In this document: piece after piece, positions 30,238-40,161 of the stretch
Position numbering within the stretch: position 1 is the stretch's first letter
Layout: every line of letters begins with the position of its first letter
Assembly (NCBI GenBank): GCA_027448945.1
Contig: DAIDMQ010000037.1
Coordinates: forward strand, 49,791 to 113,790
Origin: Gallionellaceae bacterium
Lineage (GTDB): Bacteria; Pseudomonadota; Gammaproteobacteria; Burkholderiales; Gallionellaceae
Length of the DNA stretch: 64,000 nucleotides
Reading direction: 5' to 3'
Position numbers and translations under genes: made by a program
The notes under the pieces: model-generated
The model's database searches: none
Told to the model about the DNA's origin: nothing
Seen by the model: the letters and a program-made list of their open reading frames with translations, nothing else

Positions 30238-30872
30238 ACCGTGACAAACGGCGCGCCATCTTCGAGCGCCTAAAAGCCGCCGACCCGCATCCCACCACAG
30301 AACTGGAATATCACACGCCATTCGAACTATTGGTGGCGGTGATATTGTCGGCGCAAGCCACCGATGTAAGTGTCAACCTAGCCACCCGTCAATTATTCCC
30401 TGTCGCCAACACACCTCAGGGCTTATTGGCTTTGGGCGAAGATGCGCTGCGCGAATACATACAGCGCATCGGTTTGTACAAGACCAAAGCCAAACATGTG
30501 ATCCAGATGTGTGCACGCTTACTTGAGCATCACGGCGGCGAGGTACCGCAAACACGCGAGGCACTGGAAGCCCTGCCCGGTGTGGGACGCAAGACCGCCA
30601 ATGTGATACTCAACACCGCCTTCGGCCAGCCCACGCTCGCAGTAGACACACACATCTTCCGCCTCGCCAACCGCATCAATCTCGCACCCGGTAAAGATGT
30701 GCTGGCTGTGGAACTCAAACTGCTAAAGGTTATCCCAGTCGAGTTCCTGCACGATGCCCATCACTGGCTGATCCTACACGGACGCTATATCTGCCAAGCA
30801 CGCAAACCGAAATGTGGCGAGTGCATGATTTATGATTTATGCGAATACAAACAAAAAACGAAAGTAGACTGA
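30234..30872 (+). CDS. nth: Endonuclease III
   Basis: LSAQATD, LPGVGRKTANV (HhH), VDTH, HGRYICQARKPKCGEC...C. Confidence 0.97.
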   Translation: MNRDKRRAIFERLKAADPHPTTELEYHTPFELLVAVILSAQATDVSVNLATRQLFPVANTPQGLLALGEDALREYIQRIGLYKTKAKHVIQMCARLLEHHGGEVPQTREALEALPGVGRKTANVILNTAFGQPTLAVDTHIFRLANRINLAPGKDVLAVELKLLKVIPVEFLHDAHHWLILHGRYICQARKPKCGECMIYDLCEYKQKTKVD

Positions 30873-30874
30873 GC

Positions 30875-31297
30875 ATGTTTAATCCCAGCCGAGATGAAGC
30901 ACGACAATTCTTGTTTGAGACTTGGCGCAAACGCGTCGCAGGCCAGTTACTCACGCCACTGGAAGATCTCACCGCGCAACTTATCGAGAAGCATCCCGAG
31001 TACCACGACATCTTGATCGATGCCGAACGACATCTGGCGCGCGACTACACTCCCGAAAGTGGCGCGACCAATCCATTTTTGCATCTGATGATGCACCTGA
31101 CCATAGAAGAGCAGATTTCTATAGACCAGCCACCCGGTATACGTGCCCACTTCGTGCGTCTGACGCACAAGTATGAGTCAGAACATGATGCCCAGCACCA
31201 GATGATGGAATGCCTGAGTGAGATGATCTGGCAGGCACAGCGCAACGGCACACAGCCAGATGCAGCGCTCTATCTCGGCTGTTTAAGCAGCCGCTGA
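30875..31297 (+). CDS. DUF1841-family protein
   Basis: MFNPSRDEARQF, HPEYH, NPFLHLMMHL.I.EQ.SIDQP. Confidence 0.85.
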   Translation: MFNPSRDEARQFLFETWRKRVAGQLLTPLEDLTAQLIEKHPEYHDILIDAERHLARDYTPESGATNPFLHLMMHLTIEEQISIDQPPGIRAHFVRLTHKYESEHDAQHQMMECLSEMIWQAQRNGTQPDAALYLGCLSSR

Positions 31298-31347
31298 TTC
31301 CCCCTCCCACGTTTATAATGCTGCGGTCTAATCCCACATGGCTATCC

Positions 31348-33570
31348 ATGAAAAAGTTTCTGTACAGCAACGCCGTTAAGTCACAGATACGAGGCAAGAA
31401 CTTTTGGTTGCTTGCCCTTATTGCCACGCTCTCAATCACCACCATTTTAGGTTTAGTGAACATCAATACCGATGTGCAGGATCTGGCAAAGGCGGAATTA
31501 AAATACAACCAACAACTGCTGATCGAACTCGATCAGGCCAACGACATCTCTGCAATTCAAGTTGAATTTAAATCCCAAGTGCAAGAATGGAAGGACGTGC
31601 TACTTCGCGGCCACGACCCCATCCTTTATCAAAAATATTGGCAACAGTTCGAACAGAGCGAGGCTAAGGTGCGCGCAGGTCTGGAAAAGTTGCACAAAGA
31701 ATTGCTGACAGTTGACCAAGACATGCAAAACCAGACTCAACTCAACAATTCCTCATTCCCCTCTAGACGGCAACAAGAATTGAATAGACTGGAGCAGCGT
31801 CCTATGGGCGATTTGCGCTTCAGCGACAAAGTAGGGGTGGTACTAGAGGGACACATCCTAATCGGAAAGATTTATAGAGAATATCTACAGCGCAATTCTT
31901 TACAAGAATCTGCTAACAACGCATTTGCCATAGATGAGCACGTACGCGGGATAGATCGCTGGCTAGCTGAGCAACTGCTTAATTTACGCAATCAGAGTGT
32001 GCGAAATCAGGAATCCATGACCGCACAAGCCAACACGCTGCAACTACAAGAGATTCAAGAGCTCAGGCTTCGCATACAACGCAGCATAGGTGCAGTTGCG
32101 CTCATCTTAATCGTAAATCTATTATTACTGTTCGACCGCCTACGCAGCTCCAATCAGGAGCTCAATAATTTAACCAAGAAATCAGAAGAGGTCATGTATG
32201 AACTAGCTTATACGGATAGCCTGACAGGCCTACCCAACCGTCGCTTATTCCATGACAAGCTGGATCACGCCATCGCCGTATCAGGCAACTCCGGACAATA
32301 CAGTGGTTTGATCTTCCTGGACCTCGATAATTTCAAGACACTGAATGACACCAAAGGTCACGCCAAGGGCGACCTCTTATTGGTCGAAGTTGCTCATCGT
32401 TTGCGCCAAAATGTACGCACCACCGATACGATCGCCAGATTGGGCGGCGATGAATTCGTAGTATTGTTGGATGCCTTACCTGGCGATGCCGAGACCGCCG
32501 CCGAACAAGCTGGCCTCATCGCGGAAAAAATCTGTGTGTCGCTCAATCAGCCTTATCAGCTCAACAGCTATACCCATCATGCTGGGGCAAGCATCGGTGT
32601 AGCGCTGTTCAGACGCGGCGAAGTCAGTAGTGAGGAATTATTGAAACGCGCCGATACCGCGATGTACCAGGCCAAGCGTGCGGGTCGCAATACAGTGCGA
32701 TTCTATGACCAAGACACTCAAAACGCGCTCGAAGCACGTAGCAATCTGGAACATAACCTGCATTCGGCATTGCTCGAACAGCAGCTAGAGTTGTACTACC
32801 AAGTACAGGTGGATATCAGTGGCAAACCTTTGGGTGCAGAAGGACTTTTGCGTTGGCATCACCCTCAGCTCGGCCTGCTCTATCCAACACAGTTCATCAG
32901 TCTGGCTGAAGAAAGTGACCTGATTGTATCTATAGGAAATTGGGTTTTACATGCAGCCTGTCAACAACTGATACGCTGGGAATCCAATCCTCTGACCAAG
33001 GACTTGGTGTTGTCAGTGAACGTCAGTGCAGCACAACTGCGTCAATCCAAACACGTGAGTAGCAACAACCAATTCAGCAGCGCTTCGAGAATGCACAAAC
33101 CCTCTTTCATCGAGCAGGTGCAATTCATGCTTAATAAAAGTGGCATCGATCCTTCAAAGTTGAAACTAGAAATAACCGAAAGTTTAGCGACACAAGATAT
33201 CGATTACACCATAGAGATGTTGCAACATCTTAAGTCGCTCGGTGTAAGCCTATCAATGGATGATTTCGGCACCGGGCACTCATCTCTCAAACACCTCAAG
33301 CGCATGCCTATAGACCAGATCAAAATAGATCAGTCCTTCGTGCAAGAGATCGTGACCGACAACTACGATAAGGCCATCGTCAAATCGATGATAGACATGG
33401 CGCATAGCCTTAATATCGACATCTTAGCTGAGGGCGTGGAGAACAAGGCACAGGCGCAGGCACTGGTATCACAAGGCTGCGTTTCTTTCCAAGGCCACTA
33501 TTACGGCAGACCGATCTCCATCAAAGACTTTGAGGCAGCGCTGCAGACCCACGCGGGGTCACAGGATTAA
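31348..33570 (+). CDS. Membrane-anchored diguanylate cyclase/phosphodiesterase (periplasmic sensor-GGDEF-EAL)
   Basis: Two TM helices flank FKSQVQEWKDVLLRG; D.LTGLPNRR, GGDEF, EGLLRW, LEITE, DDFGTG, IKID, AEGVE. Confidence 0.92.
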   Translation: MKKFLYSNAVKSQIRGKNFWLLALIATLSITTILGLVNINTDVQDLAKAELKYNQQLLIELDQANDISAIQVEFKSQVQEWKDVLLRGHDPILYQKYWQQFEQSEAKVRAGLEKLHKELLTVDQDMQNQTQLNNSSFPSRRQQELNRLEQRPMGDLRFSDKVGVVLEGHILIGKIYREYLQRNSLQESANNAFAIDEHVRGIDRWLAEQLLNLRNQSVRNQESMTAQANTLQLQEIQELRLRIQRSIGAVALILIVNLLLLFDRLRSSNQELNNLTKKSEEVMYELAYTDSLTGLPNRRLFHDKLDHAIAVSGNSGQYSGLIFLDLDNFKTLNDTKGHAKGDLLLVEVAHRLRQNVRTTDTIARLGGDEFVVLLDALPGDAETAAEQAGLIAEKICVSLNQPYQLNSYTHHAGASIGVALFRRGEVSSEELLKRADTAMYQAKRAGRNTVRFYDQDTQNALEARSNLEHNLHSALLEQQLELYYQVQVDISGKPLGAEGLLRWHHPQLGLLYPTQFISLAEESDLIVSIGNWVLHAACQQLIRWESNPLTKDLVLSVNVSAAQLRQSKHVSSNNQFSSASRMHKPSFIEQVQFMLNKSGIDPSKLKLEITESLATQDIDYTIEMLQHLKSLGVSLSMDDFGTGHSSLKHLKRMPIDQIKIDQSFVQEIVTDNYDKAIVKSMIDMAHSLNIDILAEGVENKAQAQALVSQGCVSFQGHYYGRPISIKDFEAALQTHAGSQD

Positions 33571-34682
33571 CTCTCCTGTCTAGCGCGTAAGGCGACGCGT
33601 TGCAGATAAGCCTCGCGGGCAATCTGCACATCTTCCAAGAAGTAGGGTAACTCTTTCAATAACATGGCTTGCGGGCCGTCCACCAAAGCTTTAGGCGGCA
33701 TAGGGTGGAAGTCCACCAACACCATGTTCGCGCCAGCCAACACACCCTGAGCCGTGACGTGCATGGTATCCAAGATGCCATCCGGTGACGCGGCACGCGA
33801 ACCCACGGAGTGTGATGGGTCGATACACACCGGCATACGCGTCAGACGTTTAACGACGGGCACGTGAGCAAAATCCACCATGTTGCGATGCGGGTCACCC
33901 ATATTGGTCTTCATACCGCGCAGGCCGAACACCACGTTGCGATTACCCTCCGAAGCCAAATATTCAGCCGCGTTCAGTGACTCATCCAGAGTGATACCAA
34001 AGCCGCGTTTGAGTAACACTGGCAACTCGGTCTGACGGCCGACAATCTTCAGCAACTCGAAGTTCTGCGTATTGCGCGTACCGATCTGCAACATCACCCC
34101 GGTAGGGTTGCCGGTCTGATGCAACGCTTCTTTAATCTCGTTCAGATGCGACTCATGCGTGATCTCCATGGCGATGACCTTGATGTCGTACTTGCCTGCC
34201 AATTCGAATACATAGTTGAGGCAGTTCTTGCCGTGGCCTTGAAAAGCATAAGGACTGGTACGCGGTTTATAGGCGCCCATGCGCGTGCACTTCTGACCGT
34301 TGTCACGCACCGCCTTCATCATGATTTCCACATGCTCGGCGTTATCCACTGCGCATAGCCCGGCAAAAACATTCAAAGTGTCCTGACCGAAACGCACACC
34401 GTTGTAATCGAAATGGGTAGGACGCTGCTCATCCTTATGGCGGCCAAGGATGCGGTATTCCTCAGACACCCGCACCACGCGTTCCACACAAGGCAAGCTC
34501 TTCATCTCGGCCGCATCCAAGGCCTTGGTATTGCCGATTAGATAGATCTCTGTGAGCTTCTGCTGCGCACCACGCTCCACATGCACCCGGGTCTGTATGC
34601 CTTCTAGTGCGGCGAGTTGCGCCAACAGTTGGCGGTATTCCGCAGATTGTTCGTCCACATTGGCGGTGAGAATCAGAATCAT
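33567..34682 (-). CDS. aroF: 3-deoxy-7-phosphoheptulonate (DAHP) synthase, type I-beta with N-terminal regulatory domain
   Basis: AGLCAVD, GAYKPRTSPYAFQG, QIGTRNTQNF, LKRG, RG.KT, DPSH. Confidence 0.88.
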   Translation of the reverse strand: MILILTANVDEQSAEYRQLLAQLAALEGIQTRVHVERGAQQKLTEIYLIGNTKALDAAEMKSLPCVERVVRVSEEYRILGRHKDEQRPTHFDYNGVRFGQDTLNVFAGLCAVDNAEHVEIMMKAVRDNGQKCTRMGAYKPRTSPYAFQGHGKNCLNYVFELAGKYDIKVIAMEITHESHLNEIKEALHQTGNPTGVMLQIGTRNTQNFELLKIVGRQTELPVLLKRGFGITLDESLNAAEYLASEGNRNVVFGLRGMKTNMGDPHRNMVDFAHVPVVKRLTRMPVCIDPSHSVGSRAASPDGILDTMHVTAQGVLAGANMVLVDFHPMPPKALVDGPQAMLLKELPYFLEDVQIAREAYLQRVALRARQES

Positions 34683-34684
34683 TT

Positions 34685-35263
34685 TTATTTACCTAACAGG
34701 ATGGATAGTTGCGCGGGGAGTTGCGCCAAAGGTTCACGGCTGAAGCCGCTTTTGCCAAACTGCGTCCAGCGTCCAATGACATAGCACACCAACACGTTGG
34801 CATGCGCGCCCACGTCCACCGATTCGCCCATCTCGCCTTGGGTCGCGGCCATGCGCAGCGATTGTTTCAGTGTCGCTTCGATACGATCCAACAATTGATT
34901 GATACGCAATTGCAGCCTGTCATCTTCGTTGACCAATGCATCACCGATCAATACGCGTGTCATGCCGCGATTCTTCTGCGCGAAACCCAACAGCATCGAG
35001 ACCACAGCTTCGACTTGTTTGAGGCCGCTCTTTTCTTCCTGTGTGATCTTGTTGATGAGACCGAACACCGTCTGTTCGATAAATTCGATCAGGCCCTCGA
35101 ACATCTGCGCCTTGCTGGCGAAATGACGATATAAAGCAGCTTCGGACAACTCCAGCCTGGCAGCGAGTGCCGCCGTGGTGATCTTCTCACCCTTGGGCTG
35201 CTCCAGCATATGCGCCACGGTTTGCAGTATCTGTAATTTTCTTTCGCCCGGTTTCGCGGCCAT
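34685..35263 (-). CDS. slmA: Nucleoid occlusion factor SlmA (TetR family)
   Basis: ITTAALAARLELSEAALYRHFASKAQMFEGLIEFIE; downstream of argB. Confidence 0.93.
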   Translation of the reverse strand: MAAKPGERKLQILQTVAHMLEQPKGEKITTAALAARLELSEAALYRHFASKAQMFEGLIEFIEQTVFGLINKITQEEKSGLKQVEAVVSMLLGFAQKNRGMTRVLIGDALVNEDDRLQLRINQLLDRIEATLKQSLRMAATQGEMGESVDVGAHANVLVCYVIGRWTQFGKSGFSREPLAQLPAQLSILLGK

Positions 35264-35272
35264 ATCTATCCT

Positions 35273-35914
35273 TTATCTCAAACGTTGCAACACCAAAGGC
35301 AGTTGCATCACATGCTTCACTTTTATATCCACACACGCTTCATTCTGCTGCCCCGGATGGACCCATATCGTGGTCATCCCCAATTTTTTGGCGGTGCGCA
35401 GATTTTCCAAACTATCTTCCACCATCACACACTGCGACGCATGCACCTTGTGCAGGCGCAGCAGACGCAAGAATCCAAAACTGTCGGGCTTGGGACGGAA
35501 ACCCGTATGTTCTACCGCCATCACATCATCGAACATATCGTCTATGCGCAACAGCTTGAGCACCTCATGTGCATAGTGCTTGGGCGCATTCGAGAACAAC
35601 ACCTTCTTGCCGGGCAGCGCCTTCAACACATGCCTCAGCCTAGGTTCGCGCAACACCATATTTCCAAGATCGGGAAATTGATGGGTGTGCCACAAGAAGT
35701 GATCCGGATCCGTGTCATGATGTTTCATCATGCCGCTCAGTGTCGCACCGTAACGCTTCCAGTAATCGATCCGCAAAGCGTTCGCCGCTGATTCATCCAG
35801 CTGCAGATGCTGTTGCAGATAAGCCGTCATGCTGCGGTTGATGTGCGGGAAGATGTGCACCGACGCATCATGCAAGGTGTTATCTAAATCGAATATCCAA
35901 AATTTGGTCGCCAT
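35273..35914 (-). CDS. Pyrimidine 5'-nucleotidase-like HAD hydrolase
   Basis: FDLDNTLH, FSNAP, KP, MVEDSLENL..AKKLGM. Confidence 0.88.
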   Translation of the reverse strand: MATKFWIFDLDNTLHDASVHIFPHINRSMTAYLQQHLQLDESAANALRIDYWKRYGATLSGMMKHHDTDPDHFLWHTHQFPDLGNMVLREPRLRHVLKALPGKKVLFSNAPKHYAHEVLKLLRIDDMFDDVMAVEHTGFRPKPDSFGFLRLLRLHKVHASQCVMVEDSLENLRTAKKLGMTTIWVHPGQQNEACVDIKVKHVMQLPLVLQRLR

Positions 35915-35972
35915 GATGCGCTTAACACACCGGGGCGGGACTGAAGCACAACATGCCGTTCAGCACTTGAAT

Positions 35973-36869
<897 letters not shown>

Positions 36870-36996
36870 TTAAGGTTCAGCGAACCCCCACCAAGGGCGG
36901 GAATCACACAAAAATTTGTCGCGAATTCTACACTAGATAGGGGACAGGATGCGGGATGCAGAATTCAGTTAAAAGCGGGGTAGCGACATTCAACGT

Positions 36997-37070
36997 TCCT
37001 GAATCCTGAATCCTGAATCCTGAATCCTGAATCCTGAATCCTGAATCCTGAATCCTGAATCCTGAATCCT
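36997..37070 (+). repeat. Perfect heptamer tandem repeat (TCCTGAA)x10 + TCCT
   Basis: Ten exact units counted from 36997 to 37066. The repeat runs into the stop codon of the PCu(A)C gene and has an inverted degenerate arm CAGGATG-CGGGATG-CAGAATT at 36945-36965. Confidence 0.97.
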
Positions 37071-37551
37071 AGTGATGATGCATGTGCATGTGTTCATCGG
37101 CTTCAGGCTTGACCTCGACCAAGGGCGTCACCTCTGCTTGCGAATTGACTTTGATCGTGCGGTTGTTGTCCAGCCTGATGGTCATGACAAAAGGCAGGCT
37201 GCTACCCGCCTTGATGGGTGCTTTGACATCCATCAGCATCACATGGAATCCCGCCTCACCCAGATTGACGACCTGACCTGCAGGCAGGGTGATCGCATCT
37301 ACCTCACGCATCATCATCATGCCGTCTTCATGACTCATGCGATGCAACTCGACGCTCTTCGCAGCGGGTGTGCTTACCGAGATCAAACGACCTGCTTGCT
37401 TGCTGATGATCTGCATATCCAGCATCGCGGTCTGCTGCCCCGGTGCAGTGGCTTTGACGGTCGCCCGTTCAACCTGAATATCGGCGGCAAACACGACAAC
37501 AGAGAACAGACTTGAAACGAAGGCGAGGGTGTACAAACTGAGTTTTTTCAT
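37069..37551 (-). CDS. Periplasmic copper chaperone PCu(A)C with His/Met-rich tail
   Basis: Signal peptide; ELHRM...MMMREV...HVMLM (H-x-M-x-H-x-M copper motif); C-terminal EHMHMHHH. Confidence 0.9.
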   Translation of the reverse strand: MKKLSLYTLAFVSSLFSVVVFAADIQVERATVKATAPGQQTAMLDMQIISKQAGRLISVSTPAAKSVELHRMSHEDGMMMMREVDAITLPAGQVVNLGEAGFHVMLMDVKAPIKAGSSLPFVMTIRLDNNRTIKVNSQAEVTPLVEVKPEADEHMHMHHH

Positions 37552-37669
37552 TGCGCTTATTCCCGGATAAGAAGGTCGTTATCGGATGATTATACTTGCC
37601 CCGCCAAATGAACTGGTGCGTCAATTTGTCGCACCCATATAGCCGGCCCTGCGTTTACAATCGCGCCCC

Positions 37670-38932
37670 ATGAACAATCCCCTCATTTCGGTCCTGCCCG
37701 GCCATAGCCAGTTACGCCGACTGGTCATCCTGCGCAGCGTAGCCATCGCCGCACAATTACTGACGCTGTTGAGCGTGTGGCATTTTCTGGAGATGGCACT
37801 AGATTGGTCGGCGATGTTGATCACCATCGCCACACTCGCCGGCATCAACTTATTCACCTGGTTACGCCTGCGTGGGGACCGTCCCGTCAGCAATCCTGAA
37901 TTGTTCGTGCAACTGGGCATCGATGTGCTGGCGCTGAGTGTGTTGCTGTATTACGGCGGCGGCTCGACCAATCCATTCGTCTCACTTTTCCTGTTGCCCT
38001 TGGTGATTGCCGCCGCGACCCTGCCTATGCCTTACACCTGGGGAATGGCGCTACTCACCACTGCCAGCTACAGCGTGCTGATGTTCTATTACCAACCGTT
38101 GCCGCATAGTCATCACGACCATAACAGCGACAGCGCCTTCACTACCCACGTGATGGGCATGTGGCTGGGGTTTTTCATCAGCGCAGTGGTGGTCGCCTAT
38201 TTCGTCACGCAGATGGCACAGGCGGTGCGCAAACGTGATGAACAGTTGGCCAGAGCGCGCGAAGAAATCCTGCGCAACGAGCGTATCGTCGCCCTCGGTA
38301 CGCAGGCTGCAGGCGCGGCGCACGAGATGGGCACGCCGCTATCCACCATGGCGGTTGTCATCAACGAACTACAGCATGAACTGGGAGCCGAACCAAGCGA
38401 ATTGCGCGACAGCCTGGAGATACTCGATGAACAAGTGCGCGGCTGCAAACGCATACTCGACAAAATCCTCAGCAATGCCCAAGAAGAAGGTGCGACCAGC
38501 ATACTGTCGGTCGATGCCATGATGGCCGAAGTGTTGGACGAATGGCAATTATTGCGCCCGACTGCGGTATACCAATATCAGGCGGCATCAACCCCAGCCA
38601 AGCTGGCGGTGGACACCACTTTGCGCGCGGCACTCATGAATTTACTCAACAACGCGGCAGATGCCAGTCCGCAAGGCATAGAAATAGTCTGCCGTTGCGA
38701 CGAGAAGAATTTCATACTCACCGTGATCGATCACGGTGCGGGCTTGAGTGAGGAAGTCGCGCGCTATGCGGGTTCCGCCTTCTTCACCACCAAGCAGGAA
38801 GGACGCGGTCTCGGCCTGATGCTGGCCAATGCCACGGTAGAGCGTTTGGGCGGCACGGTTAGCCTGCTGAACAACCATCAAGGCGGTGCCAGCACAGAGC
38901 TAATCTTGCCGCTGGCTGGAGCAAGCATATGA
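37670..38932 (+). CDS. regB: RegB/PrrB-type redox sensor histidine kinase
   Basis: GGGSTNPF quinone-binding motif, AAHEMGTPL H-box, RGCKRIL redox Cys, NLLNNA, GRGLGL. Confidence 0.9.
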   Translation: MNNPLISVLPGHSQLRRLVILRSVAIAAQLLTLLSVWHFLEMALDWSAMLITIATLAGINLFTWLRLRGDRPVSNPELFVQLGIDVLALSVLLYYGGGSTNPFVSLFLLPLVIAAATLPMPYTWGMALLTTASYSVLMFYYQPLPHSHHDHNSDSAFTTHVMGMWLGFFISAVVVAYFVTQMAQAVRKRDEQLARAREEILRNERIVALGTQAAGAAHEMGTPLSTMAVVINELQHELGAEPSELRDSLEILDEQVRGCKRILDKILSNAQEEGATSILSVDAMMAEVLDEWQLLRPTAVYQYQAASTPAKLAVDTTLRAALMNLLNNAADASPQGIEIVCRCDEKNFILTVIDHGAGLSEEVARYAGSAFFTTKQEGRGLGLMLANATVERLGGTVSLLNNHQGGASTELILPLAGASI

Positions 38933-39474
38933 GCCTAATAGACGACGAAGCACCGACGCTATTGCTCGTTGACGACGATGTGACTTTTTGCAAAGTGTTA
39001 TCCGCAGCATTGGCGAAACGCGGCTATCGTGTCAGCGTGGCACATAACGTAGAAGCCGCTCTCCCCATGGCGCGGGAATTTCCACCCGAGTTCGCGGTGG
39101 TCGACCTGAAGATGGGTGGCCTACCCGGACTGTCGCTGGTAGCCGAATTGCACTCACTGGACCCCAATACTCGCATCGTGGTGCTGACTGGCTATGCCAG
39201 CATCGTCACAGCAGTGGAAGCCATCAAGCTCGGTGCCACACACTACCTCGCCAAACCCGCGAATGCGGATGAAATCGTTGCCGCCTTTGCACATACACCG
39301 GACAGCAATACAACAATCAGTGCGCAACCTACGCTGATCGGCCATCTGGAATGGGAACATATACAACGCGTGTTGCACGAGAATAACGACAATATCTCGG
39401 CTACAGCACGGGCACTGAACATGCACCGCCGCACCTTGCAGCGCAAATTGGCCAAACCGCCGACGACACGCTGA
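38929..39474 (+). CDS. regA: RegA/PrrA-type response regulator
   Basis: VVDLKM, LTGYASIVTAVEAIKLGA..YLAKP, WEHIQRVL...NISATARALNMHRRTLQRKL. Confidence 0.94.
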   Translation: MSLIDDEAPTLLLVDDDVTFCKVLSAALAKRGYRVSVAHNVEAALPMAREFPPEFAVVDLKMGGLPGLSLVAELHSLDPNTRIVVLTGYASIVTAVEAIKLGATHYLAKPANADEIVAAFAHTPDSNTTISAQPTLIGHLEWEHIQRVLHENNDNISATARALNMHRRTLQRKLAKPPTTR

Positions 39475-39502
39475 AGAGGACTGGCTGACCGACTTAACGG
39501 CC

Positions 39503-39949
39503 TCAAGCGAGCTTGGATTGCTCCAAGAGTTGGTTGATCTTGGTAAGGGCTTTGATGATGTGCTGCATGGCTAGTGAGTACTCATTTTTATACAACTCTT
39601 CCGCCCCGCCGCGATCACCTTGTTGCAGTTTTTCCATGATATTGCCGCCGAATTCGTGGAACAGCGCGTGTGCAAAGTCCAGTTCGCGGTAAGCCTGTGT
39701 ATGACGCAGATCATGCAACTCTGCACCTTTGATCCAAGAGCCCAGCTTGCATATCCCATCCTGACCGATCAACCCCGACACCAGTTCATCTTTGATACGG
39801 CCAGTCACATGATGACCCAGCTTGTTTTTCCACAACACATGCTGCTCGGCCGCACCGACCAAATCCAACGGCGATTCAATGCGGGTCTTGCGCAACACCT
39901 TGACGGGTAGCAACTCTAATTTACGCATACTGACACCGGAGTTGAACAT
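39503..39949 (-). CDS. Stand-alone CZB (chemoreceptor zinc-binding) domain protein
   Basis: H..WK, CKLGSWI, AHALFH: the 3His/1Cys CZB pattern. The start may be the second Met (39928). Confidence 0.75.
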   Translation of the reverse strand: MFNSGVSMRKLELLPVKVLRKTRIESPLDLVGAAEQHVLWKNKLGHHVTGRIKDELVSGLIGQDGICKLGSWIKGAELHDLRHTQAYRELDFAHALFHEFGGNIMEKLQQGDRGGAEELYKNEYSLAMQHIIKALTKINQLLEQSKLA

Positions 39950-40161
39950 GATTCATGAGCTTATTAATTTGAAACCCCTAAAGTACATGAGGCGTTATAA
40001 CAGACCTGACACAAAGGACAATATGGCATAAGGACTAGATAATCCGGCCTAGTGTGTCATTAATAGTTTTGAATGACCGCCACCCGGCAGTTCAAGCAAT
40101 GCAGCATCATGCTTTAGGCATGAATCAACTATAATCCCGCCTCGTTCAAAATCTGCATATC

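Noticed and set aside
36997-37070. Possible CRISPR array or coding repeat
   Set aside because: Units are 7 nt with no spacers and there are no cas genes in the window. It is a simple tandem repeat.
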